The notes under the pieces were generated by a model. The model saw only the letters and a list, made by a program, of their open reading frames with translations. It was not told where the DNA came from and ran no database searches. A stretch of DNA of 63,630 nt, filler included, from Octopus bimaculoides (Eukaryota): NCBI RefSeq assembly GCF_001194135.2. It is 8 parts of 8 records of this genome, joined end to end, with 100 filler letters (N's around TTAATTAATTAA, not from the genome) between each part and the next. Parts side by side here need not be neighbours in the genome. Positions count along the whole stretch, not along the records: positions 9,867 to 32,647 come from NC_068995.1; 7 more parts are not named here. One strand, written 5' to 3'. Made by a program: the position numbers and the translations under genes. Positions 13,591 to 23,157 of this stretch are shown here, piece after piece; position 1 is the stretch's first letter, and each line of letters begins with the position of its first letter.

Positions 13591-13742
13591 AACAACAAGA
13601 TGTTAAGAATGTAAATAATGGGATCAATTTGTTCAACTAAAAACTCTTCAAGATGCTGCTCCAGCATAGTCGTAGGCCAATAACTGAAACACATGAAAGA
13701 TAAAAGAAATCTATTAAATGTAAAATAAAAATTCAATTCAGC

Positions 13743-13748
13743 TTTATT
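13743..13748 (-). terminator. Candidate distal polyadenylation signal AATAAA of the zinc-finger gene
   Basis: tttatt on + about 475 nt past the stop codon, followed on the minus strand by a U-rich tract (TGAATTGAATTTTTATTTTAC). Confidence 0.45.
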
Positions 13749-13847
13749 GTAATACATAGACAGGTGTATGTGCTAATTTAATCTGGAAAAAAAAAAAACA
13801 ATTGTTAAATGTATAAAATATGTGTGACTGATTGACATATTGATATG

Positions 13848-13853
13848 TTTATT
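13848..13853 (-). terminator. Candidate proximal polyadenylation signal AATAAA
   Basis: tttatt on + about 370 nt past the stop codon. Confidence 0.3.
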
Positions 13854-14221
13854 TTTCTTTGTATAAAAATGAAAAAATTGTGAAAATTATAAAAATGAAC
13901 AGAAGATGAGAAACCTTTTGAAGCATTCTGCAATAAATTTTATCTCAGAACGTTTTGATCTCACTTCACATTTAGTAATGAAGATTGTTTTGTAAAGAGA
14001 GAGAGAGAAAAAGTAATACACTTTGAAAAGATTGGACGGTTTTTGCCTATAATTGTACAAATGGGTTGTATTCGTGAAGTGTGATATCAGCAGAACTAAA
14101 ATCAACACAAAATTTAATACACTCAATAACACTATAAACAACAGTAGTGTAGTATTGTTTGAGTTTTGTGTTTTCTATAATTTCATTGTTTTAGGTTATG
14201 AAGAGTGAGCTTTATGGTAAA

Positions 14222-17200
14222 TTATGTTTCATCTAAGTGGTTTGGTTTCAAAGAATGTGTGTTATCTTTATCTGGAATAGTCACATCACTACCAAATAGA
14301 CAATCAACAGCAGTATAACTGTGAAGAGGTTTACTAGAAGAGTTCTCATTCTCATTAGTATTAGAAACATCTTCCACATGTTCAGAAGACTTATTAGCTG
14401 CACTACTGCATGTGGAATGATTTGTGTCTGAAAATGAATTATTTATTGAATGTGGATTTTCTTCCATTTGAATAGAATCAATTGTAGAAATTTGTCTTTT
14501 ACCAATCTCATCCCCTTGACATTTAACATAATCTACTGATACGATATCTGGTTTCAAATCTTCTTCTTCTTTAGCACAATCTGGAAATTTTTCCAACTCT
14601 GAAGTATTCCTAGTATCATTAAACATTTTATCTGTATTCACATTAAATGGCATGTTAGAAGTGATCTCAGATGGACAAACTAAAAGTTGTTCATCTGGGG
14701 GAAAAGGTTCAGATTTTATACTGACAGTGGGCTGCAAATAAATATTAGCATCTACTTCAATGATAGGTTTGCAATCTAAAACATCAGCTTCAGTGTTATA
14801 ATGACTTGAATGAAGGTTAGTTGGAGAATGACTGCTACTTTTTGTAGTTGAAACTCTATCAGATAATCTGGAATCACATTTGGATGATGTATCTGGTAGC
14901 TTTGAAGCAAACTGCTCTGTTGAATTGGATGAAGTCAAAATTCTTGGTTGATTTAAGTTATTATCTTCTAAAATATTACTACTGAAAAACAAAGGGGACA
15001 ATGGAATTCTTAAATTACTTTCAAGATTTATATTTTCAGAATGTTCGTTTGTTGACTGTGCTACGTCAGGAATACTACAACTTGATGTTGATTCTGGGAA
15101 ACAATGGTTAAAGGAGTTTGTTGCCTGAGATAATCTAGATTCATCATGTTGTTGTCTATCTCCAGAGACTGTAGTTGAGTTTGTCTCATCTCTGGGGTTC
15201 TGACAAATTCTTTTATGCCGTGTCAACTGGATGTGAAATGTAAATGCACACCTACATTTGGTACATTTGAATGGTTTTTCTCCTGTATGTGTACGGATGT
15301 GAGTATTCAAATTACTGCGATCAGAGAAAGCTTTACCACAGTATTGACACTTGAAAGGCTTGTCACCTGTATGGTGCCGAATATGTGATTTCAGGTGGCT
15401 CGACTGTTGAAATGTCCTTGCACAGAATCGACATTTAAGACTTTCTCGCTTTAAATTATATGGGTTTTGGGTATGATGAGTTCTTTTATGTTTATCAAGT
15501 AACAATTGCTGGAAAAAGAGTTTCATGCAAAATTCACAACGATACACTTTCTTGGTGCTAAAATTTGCATGATGAGTTTTAAGATGTAAATTAAGTGATT
15601 TGCAAGAAGAAAATTTACGTTCACAATAATTACACACTAAGTTTTCATTACCATCAATTTCTGAAGGGGCTAAGAGAACTGAATTGTTATTATCTGTAAA
15701 TTGCTTTTTATGCTGGTTTATGGTATCAAGATTGGGAGGCAGCTTCCATAATTCCATTGCTAAAGAGGAGAGTCTTCCAGTATTTGAAAATAAACCAACA
15801 GGTTGCAGCTGTTCTCGAGAAGTCTTATTAGCCAACAAATCCTTTCTGAAGACATTTTGGGAGGAAAATGGCTGTGAGTTCTGGGTTGAAATTGGCTCCA
15901 AGATAAAAGTAGATTCTTGATCCTTCAATAATTGTTGACATTCTTGAATGTGCCTTTTGAAAGGCTGAGGAAATGTAAAAGCTTGTTTGCATGTTTGGCA
16001 CTGATATAATTTCCCAGCTGTGTGAGTTGTTAAATGGTTGTCTAAAGTAAAACTGTTGGGAAATATACAATAACATATAGGACAAATGAAATTATTGTCA
16101 TTATTTAATTTCTGCTTTAAGGTTTTCTGAGCTATGCTCTCCTGAAGCACTCCATCCTTTAACAAGTGGCTCTTTTCATGGAGTCGCAAATGACAATCAC
16201 GTGAAAACGTCAGATCACAATATTCACACTGAAACAATATTTCTTGGGGATGAAGCTTCAAGTGAACTGCTAGCTCTGTAAATCGATAAAAAGTTTCACC
16301 ACAAAATTCACACTCATATACTTTACTTCCTGTATGTAACCTAATATGAACTGCTAGTGTAGTCACTAGTTTGAAAACCTTACCACAGTAACAACAAGGA
16401 AACAAACTGCTATTTGTGGCCAAACTCTCATTGTTTCTTTGAGTATATGATGAGACATTGGATCTCATTTCAACATTGTCATTATCATTGCAAAATATGC
16501 CTGGTTTCACAAAAGAACTGGCTTCCTCTCCAGATTGTGTTAATGAATTCATTCGGGAAACATTATCATTGCAATAGTTTTTGTTAGCAGTCCCTGATAT
16601 TTTGTTACATGTAAAAGTTGACAAAGAATTATTTATAGAATCTTGGTCTTCAGAAAATCGGGATGATTTTATGATATCATTGCTATACACATCTGGATTA
16701 CATTGATTTTCTGTTAAGTTCTGTTGAGTAGAGATAGTTTTTAATTCCACAGCTTTTCTAGAGGAAGCATCCTGATAATTAAAATTTGGTTTTTGTTCAG
16801 CCTGTTCTAAACTGTTACCAGGTCTTGGAAGGAGTAAATTGTCTGACTTACTGCTAGTAACAGTTCTGTTGTTACAATCCTGTAATTCAGCTTCTTCCTG
16901 TAGACTAGTGGTACTATAAGGCATCATTGATTCAGCTTGGTTATTGTAAACTTGAACTGATAAAGGATCCTTAAAATGGATTTCATTACTGTTGAGTATG
17001 CGGTCAGTTGTTTTGTCACTGAAAAATATATCTCCAGATTGGCCAAGTTTCTTTGAAAGACTGGAATTATTTGCCAAATTAGTTTGTTCTACAGTATTTT
17101 GAAGAGGAATTTGCAAAGAATTACTTCGTTTCTGATATTGATGATGTAACTGTGCTAATGCTGAAGGTTTACAGACTCTTTTATGTCGACTAAGCTGGAT

Positions 17201-20200
17201 ATGAAATGTAAAAGCTTTTCCACAAAATAAACATTTAAATGGTTTTTCTCCAGTGTGAGTTCTCCTGTGAGTATTCAAGTTACTACGGTCAGCAAAGGCT
17301 TTCCCACAATACTGACACAAAAATGGCTTGACTCCTGTGTGTGTACGTACATGGCTATTAAGCTGGCCAGCCTTCTGAAAAGACTTTTTACATAAAGCAC
17401 ATTCAAACATTTTCTCACTCGTTGCAAAGTTGTGGGATCGTAGATGCACTGACAGTAGATAAAGTCCAAGAAAATTCCTTTTGCAATATTTACAACGAAA
17501 TAACTTTTTCCCAGGATGATAACTCAGCAAATTTGACTGCAAGGGAATTTGATTTTTATCAGTCAGCTCTAAAGATTTATCTATTGGTGTAGATTCTACA
17601 ATGGATTTTTCAGTAAGGGTTAACTCTTCAGTAGTAGACTTACTTCTAGTTAATGAATCAGCTGCATCAGACTGATTTATTTCAGTACTCATCGACATAT
17701 TGTGTTTTTTCCATTCTTCCTTGATTTCTGGTACATTTTCTTTAGTTTCACCAACATCAGCAACTTCCACTTGATTCTCTTCCATTACACCAATACTTAA
17801 CGGATTGCTGTAATGTGTTTCACAATTATTTGTCTTTACTGTTTTGTTGGCTGTGTTAACCTGAAGAGATGATGTAGTATTTGAAGGGTTTTCCATATAA
17901 CAACTGTCTGGAGAACCATTAGCTTCTTTAACGGATGAGATGAAATGTCTTGACTCTTTGTTTCTTAATTCTGTTCCACTTTGTTCAAAACTGGAAAGCT
18001 TGTCTACTTGAGAGATAAGTGAAATAGTTGATATTTTCTCTTTGGATGGATATTGTATGGAGAGATTCTTGTTACCAAAGCATTTAATTTTATGCCGTTG
18101 CAACTGAATGTGAAATGTGAAGGACTGGTTACAGCTAAGGCATTTGAAGGGTTTCACTTTAGTGTGTAGCCTCATGTGGGTGTTAAGATTGCTTTGATTA
18201 GAGAAAGCCTTATTACAAAATTGACAAGTGAACGGTTTATCTCCAGTGTGAGTCCTGATATGGGCATTTAAATGACTAGGTTGTAGAAATGATTTGGGAC
18301 AAAATTTGCAAGTATAAGGCTTTTTCATGTTGCTCACATTGGCTTTCACTTTGAAGGTTTCTAAAGGAAATTTGCTATGGCTTTTCTTACAATGTTTGTC
18401 TAAGTCATCCTTCTTAGAAAATGACTTGTAACAATATTGGCAAGTTAACAAAGCTTCCTCTGATTTTGATCCTGAAGACAAAGAACTATAGTCAGAGGTA
18501 TTGCTATTGCAATTGGTAGTAGTTGTCAGGTCATTATCATAATCCTCAGACAAGTCAATGTGACATTGCCTTAAGCAGTCTTTAGAAAACTCTGAAGGGA
18601 ACTCTATCTGTTGGTTAGAAGTATTATCTTGAAGTTTACCATCAAATGTAGATAACCTGGATAAAAGGTTTCTATCAGTAGTTTTCCATGGTTTCAAACA
18701 GATATTTTGCTCATCAGTGCTATTATCTGGTGTTTCAACAGTAAGATCAACAATGTTATCTTTACTACCAGGCTCTATCAAATCGGATTGATTTAAAGTA
18801 GAATCTACTTCACAGGAAGAATTCACTGAGCTATTAAGAGTTTCGGAATTATCACAGTTTTTTATGAAATCTGGATTAAGTTGGATACTGTAATTGGTAC
18901 CGCTATTGTTAATGTTGTAAACATGGGATGGCATTGAGATGGTTGGTAGTAAAGTATCAACATCATTATTATTATTATTATTATCAGTACTACTAAATGA
19001 TGTATTGCTCTCCAATACAACAGGCTCAGCTGCTTTGCAATTACGTTTGTGGCGATTAAGTTGGATGTGAAACGTGAACTCTTGAAAACATAAAGTACAT
19101 TTGAATGGCTTTTCACCTGTGTGAAGACGACGATGAGACTTAAGATTGCTCCGATCAGCAAACCCTTTACCACAAAATGAACATTTATATGGTTTGGCTC
19201 CAGTGTGTGTGTGTAAATGAGAATTGAGACGAGCAACTTGTTGGAATGTTTTGCCACAAAATTTGCACTCAAAATTTCTTTGGCAATTATGAGAATTCAA
19301 GTGTATTACTAACTGGTAAGAATGATGGAAAGTCTTTTTGCATACATCACAAAAAATAGATTTTCGATGGACAGGTTTCTTTGAAATTGTGTTACTATTA
19401 ATTAAATCCTCTTGGTTCCTAATGTCAGTTGTTGTCTTGTCACTCCCACTTAGAAGATCTGATGGATTAGATGAAGGAACTTCATCTTCTGGCACTGTGT
19501 TAGCATCAAAAGTGGATTTAACTTCTTCAGAAGTACCATTAGGTGAATCAGAATCAATATAGATAATTTTATCATACTTGATATTTTCAGAGAGACAAGC
19601 ATTTTTCTGTATGGAACTAGTTCCACTTTCTTCAATCTGTTGACTATTAAAACCAGTGTTAGTCATATTAGCAGTTACATATATACTATTGGTTTGGGGG
19701 TGGAATTTATGTTTCTCATGTTTTGAGACATTTGTGTATGGCAAGGATTCATCCTCAGACTTATACAAATCATAAGTTTCTGTATTTAACAAACTACAAC
19801 TGGACACAACTGTGTCAGCAGAAATTTCACGTAAATCTTTCGATGAGCCACAAATGGAAGAGGAATCTTTTGCATCACTGTACATGTTATTTGATGATGT
19901 TGATTCATTATGGAAACTGGAGACTGCATTGTTTGCTTCATTTTTACTGAAAAACAAATTAGTGGGTTGTTGCATATCATCAGAACATTCACTTAAGATA
20001 AAACCAGATGATGCTGAATATAAACTATTTTCACTAAAAGGAGCACTTTGTATAGGACTGATATCAGATGTAAAATTATTAAATTGAGATTGATTAGCAA
20101 CAGCAATGGTAGTGTTATGATTATTGTTCTTTTCATCCATCTGAAAACTTGATGTGGAATTTGTATTCCTGGACATGCAAACTTTTTTGTGACGACTCAA

Positions 20201-20557
20201 TTGAATATGAAATGTGAAAGCCTTCTCACATAATTCACATTTGAATGGTTTCTCACCTGTATGTGTACGAATATGCGTATTAAGATTGCCTCGGTCAGTG
20301 AAAGCCTTTGGGCAGTAAGGACACTGGAATGGCCGGTCTCCTGTGTGTGTACGAACATGTGTGGTCAAATGGCCAGATTGAGTAAAAGATTTTTTACAGT
20401 AGCTACACTTATAAGGTTTTTCAGACTGAGAAGTCTGATTGTTTACATCAGCAATAAAGTCAACTGCATCAGAAGAAGCCATGTTGCATTTAGAAAACAT
20501 TTCATCAGGACTAGTAGCATTCTGGAAAATATCCTTATTAGAATATTTCCCAGACAT
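14222..20557 (-). CDS. Large multi-cluster C2H2/C2HC zinc-finger protein (2111 aa, about 25 fingers), probable transcription factor
   Basis: Uninterrupted 6336-nt ORF with repeated F/Y-x-C-x2-C-x3-F-x5-L-x2-H-x3-H/C motifs, TGEKP-type linkers and Ser/Asn/Thr-rich spacers. An in-frame TGA at 20582-20584 bounds it upstream. The true start may be a later ATG or involve an upstream exon. Confidence 0.93.
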   Translation of the reverse strand: MSGKYSNKDIFQNATSPDEMFSKCNMASSDAVDFIADVNNQTSQSEKPYKCSYCKKSFTQSGHLTTHVRTHTGDRPFQCPYCPKAFTDRGNLNTHIRTHTGEKPFKCELCEKAFTFHIQLSRHKKVCMSRNTNSTSSFQMDEKNNNHNTTIAVANQSQFNNFTSDISPIQSAPFSENSLYSASSGFILSECSDDMQQPTNLFFSKNEANNAVSSFHNESTSSNNMYSDAKDSSSICGSSKDLREISADTVVSSCSLLNTETYDLYKSEDESLPYTNVSKHEKHKFHPQTNSIYVTANMTNTGFNSQQIEESGTSSIQKNACLSENIKYDKIIYIDSDSPNGTSEEVKSTFDANTVPEDEVPSSNPSDLLSGSDKTTTDIRNQEDLINSNTISKKPVHRKSIFCDVCKKTFHHSYQLVIHLNSHNCQRNFECKFCGKTFQQVARLNSHLHTHTGAKPYKCSFCGKGFADRSNLKSHRRLHTGEKPFKCTLCFQEFTFHIQLNRHKRNCKAAEPVVLESNTSFSSTDNNNNNNDVDTLLPTISMPSHVYNINNSGTNYSIQLNPDFIKNCDNSETLNSSVNSSCEVDSTLNQSDLIEPGSKDNIVDLTVETPDNSTDEQNICLKPWKTTDRNLLSRLSTFDGKLQDNTSNQQIEFPSEFSKDCLRQCHIDLSEDYDNDLTTTTNCNSNTSDYSSLSSGSKSEEALLTCQYCYKSFSKKDDLDKHCKKSHSKFPLETFKVKANVSNMKKPYTCKFCPKSFLQPSHLNAHIRTHTGDKPFTCQFCNKAFSNQSNLNTHMRLHTKVKPFKCLSCNQSFTFHIQLQRHKIKCFGNKNLSIQYPSKEKISTISLISQVDKLSSFEQSGTELRNKESRHFISSVKEANGSPDSCYMENPSNTTSSLQVNTANKTVKTNNCETHYSNPLSIGVMEENQVEVADVGETKENVPEIKEEWKKHNMSMSTEINQSDAADSLTRSKSTTEELTLTEKSIVESTPIDKSLELTDKNQIPLQSNLLSYHPGKKLFRCKYCKRNFLGLYLLSVHLRSHNFATSEKMFECALCKKSFQKAGQLNSHVRTHTGVKPFLCQYCGKAFADRSNLNTHRRTHTGEKPFKCLFCGKAFTFHIQLSRHKRVCKPSALAQLHHQYQKRSNSLQIPLQNTVEQTNLANNSSLSKKLGQSGDIFFSDKTTDRILNSNEIHFKDPLSVQVYNNQAESMMPYSTTSLQEEAELQDCNNRTVTSSKSDNLLLPRPGNSLEQAEQKPNFNYQDASSRKAVELKTISTQQNLTENQCNPDVYSNDIIKSSRFSEDQDSINNSLSTFTCNKISGTANKNYCNDNVSRMNSLTQSGEEASSFVKPGIFCNDNDNVEMRSNVSSYTQRNNESLATNSSLFPCCYCGKVFKLVTTLAVHIRLHTGSKVYECEFCGETFYRFTELAVHLKLHPQEILFQCEYCDLTFSRDCHLRLHEKSHLLKDGVLQESIAQKTLKQKLNNDNNFICPICYCIFPNSFTLDNHLTTHTAGKLYQCQTCKQAFTFPQPFKRHIQECQQLLKDQESTFILEPISTQNSQPFSSQNVFRKDLLANKTSREQLQPVGLFSNTGRLSSLAMELWKLPPNLDTINQHKKQFTDNNNSVLLAPSEIDGNENLVCNYCERKFSSCKSLNLHLKTHHANFSTKKVYRCEFCMKLFFQQLLLDKHKRTHHTQNPYNLKRESLKCRFCARTFQQSSHLKSHIRHHTGDKPFKCQYCGKAFSDRSNLNTHIRTHTGEKPFKCTKCRCAFTFHIQLTRHKRICQNPRDETNSTTVSGDRQQHDESRLSQATNSFNHCFPESTSSCSIPDVAQSTNEHSENINLESNLRIPLSPLFFSSNILEDNNLNQPRILTSSNSTEQFASKLPDTSSKCDSRLSDRVSTTKSSSHSPTNLHSSHYNTEADVLDCKPIIEVDANIYLQPTVSIKSEPFPPDEQLLVCPSEITSNMPFNVNTDKMFNDTRNTSELEKFPDCAKEEEDLKPDIVSVDYVKCQGDEIGKRQISTIDSIQMEENPHSINNSFSDTNHSTCSSAANKSSEHVEDVSNTNENENSSSKPLHSYTAVDCLFGSDVTIPDKDNTHSLKPNHLDET

Positions 20558-21879
20558 TAAAGAACAGGGTGATGTTTTAATTCATACTTAATGACGCCAA
20601 TTCAAAATCAGTATATGAGTGTTGCATGTATATGTGTGTATGTCTGTATATGTGCATAAGCACACATGTACATGTGCATATACATGGATGGTGAGTGTTC
20701 ACCATTGGACAACAATAAATCAAATGAATTTCTCCAAATCAGTAAACATTCAGTAAAACAGATTGTGCTTGCTACTTTTAGCTGTGCAATGTGTTCATCA
20801 ATTAAATTGTTTGGTGTTTAAATATCATTTTCTTTCCTTATTAATACTGCATTTCAACCAGAACTTTCCTTTTATTGAGCATTTAATTCATTCCATTTAT
20901 TGTACTGTAGTTTTTGTTTCCTACTCAAAGATTTCACACATCCACTGAGTCATGGTCAATAAGTTAACTTTCTACCATCATCCTAGAAAAAAAGAATAAA
21001 GGTTTTTTTAATTGAGTTATAAAATATTTTGGATATAGTGATACAGCAGAATATGAATACATGAATCAAGATCATAGATCTTGTTTGGTCATTGTTCTCC
21101 CAAATGATAATATTTTTAACTCTTTAGCACTTAAACTGGCTGTATCCAGCCTGAAAATTCTACCTGCACATTACATGCCTCTGTTAAATCTCTTCCCTAC
21201 AACATATCCACCAAACACCCACACCCTCTGCCAACCTGTATCCACTCACTACATCTTCTCACCCCCAGCCCCTACTTCTGCCATTCAGTCACCTTTTGCA
21301 ATCTCGGAAATTTACCTACCCACACACTCTATCCAAATCCAATCCCTGGTCCGCTTCACTTTATACACCTCCCTGTCACTTGGCTGCATGCCCCATTACA
21401 TCTTCACCAAGATCTCTCTCTCTCCAACTGAGGTAGCTATGTATCTCCTCTACTACCAGACACCCATTTCTGTCCCTCTTTTCATACACAAACTTCTCAT
21501 TACCTGGCACAAAGCCATCTCCCTCAAGAATAAAAAGTTTTGAATGGTACAACAATGCACTATAATACAAAAAATGGACTATATACCTGTTGTAATTTAG
21601 TTATCTATAGTCCAATGATATTTCGGAATACAATTCCTTCTTCAGATATTCTTAGATGGAGTCGCTGCTATAATATGTTTTCCAACGGCTTTTCTTTATT
21701 ACTCCCCTAAGAAGTCCTTGTCTTGCAAGTTACTTGGTGACCTCACTGCTGCTGGTGACACATAACAAGCTTCCAGTACACTTTGTAAAGCAGTAAACAT
21801 TAGGAAAGGTGTCCAACCATACAAACCACACCAAAGTAGGCAGTAGAGCTTCACACAACAATGTGATATCACTGTAACT

Positions 21880-22500
21880 ACTTTTGTCTAAGACATCTCC
21901 TTTACCTATGTAGCAGCTGACTATGGTGCTGCTACATCAGTTATTGAATACGACTCCTTTTGGATGACCTTTTCAACTGTACAAGTATTCAGGCCATATC
22001 CCACCCTGCCAGATATCTTAAGTGTCCTGGTGGTAATTCCTGATCTTCATATCCTTAATTGCCTTATCAACCATGCAGCTGTCTACTTGGATAGCTGGTC
22101 TCTCTGTTGGGTCCACATTAAGAAGACTTTCATTTTCCCATGCATTCTCCACATTTAGCAGCCTTTCATAGTGACACTTTCGTGCCACCTCTTTTTTTTC
22201 CAGAATGCCATCATTCATTCAAGTACACTTCTCATCTACATCATGATTTTCTTTGCATGCTGTCTTACTATCCAGAAGATCTCATGCCTCTAGTTCTTAC
22301 ACCACGGAACATTGACAAATTTCTTCCTTTTTGCTTTTCCCCAAGTGAAATATACCTGTCACCTAGCTTCCCTTCTAGCTACCTTCCAGTTCCTCCATGC
22401 CTGTTTCTTTGCTCTTATGGTACTGTTTTTCTTCAATGACCCACCATCAAGTCACCCTAGGTCTAGCTGGAACTTTGCACCAGCCACAAATTTTATCTGT
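21880..22500 (-). mobile_element. Decayed RTE-like LINE ORF2 fragment
   Basis: KEVARKCHYERLLNVENAWE...VDKAIKDMK resembles the pre-RT segment (W..HF..LLN ... V..AI..MK). Confidence 0.5.
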
Positions 22501-23157
22501 TGCCCATAGTAGGCTACCTTGAAGGAACTTGTAATTGTCCTTGCAAATCATATACAAAGAGGAATAATGGTTAGCCTAGTTCTTTATGAATGTGCAATGT
22601 CTGTCTGCATGTCATTATGACAAAAACTGTGCAAGCAAAATTCTAAACTTAATAAACTGAAATATTGTGTTTATTCAGCTATAATTTTCCCTCAAGTATA
22701 AGGCACATTGCTAATTTTGGGCAAAAAAATATCTCTGTATCACTAAAGGCTGGTACTAAGATAATAGTGGTTTTTGTTATATATACATAAAAAAAAAAAA
22801 TTGCAAGTATTTTTACAAGCTAGCATTCATGTAATAACACCCAACCTTAATTCTAAGGTTTCAAAATCTGGATTTAAAATGTTATAAACACAAATAAAAA
22901 TAGTAATATAAAAACCTACAAAAAAGCAGCTAACAGTTATAAAATTCATTGATACTATATATATATATATATATATAGTGCACTGTTCTGTTCTTTTATT
23001 AGTACAATCAGCCAAAAAAACTACCCCCATCCAGTAAGAGATAAATTTCATTTAATAAACACAGAATTTAAAACTGAGCTGCCATAAAGTTCCATGCTAC
23101 TCAGACAATACAGTAGTCAGATGACATTGTATAGCATGCTCTGTACTATCCTACAGT

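Larger units (their letters stand above)
13120..13620. mobile_element. Head-to-head palindromic element; each arm is a tRNA-like Pol III head plus (AAT)n plus a Penelope-like tail with a hammerhead motif
   Basis: Arms of about 200-250 bp are reverse complements around GCCATATGC-tcacag-GCATATGGC (13396-13419). A box TGGCGTAGTTG and B box GGTTCGATT (13461-13469) lie on the right arm. Confidence 0.75.

Noticed and set aside
14222-20557. Assigning a gene symbol (spalt, schnurri, ZNF236-like and similar)
   Set aside because: Only the architecture is analogous; the finger sequences do not match signatures I recognise for those families.
15684-20560. Short antisense and alternative-frame ORFs overlapping the zinc-finger CDS
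   Set aside because: They are 60-140 aa by-products of the main ORF's codon structure with no motifs.
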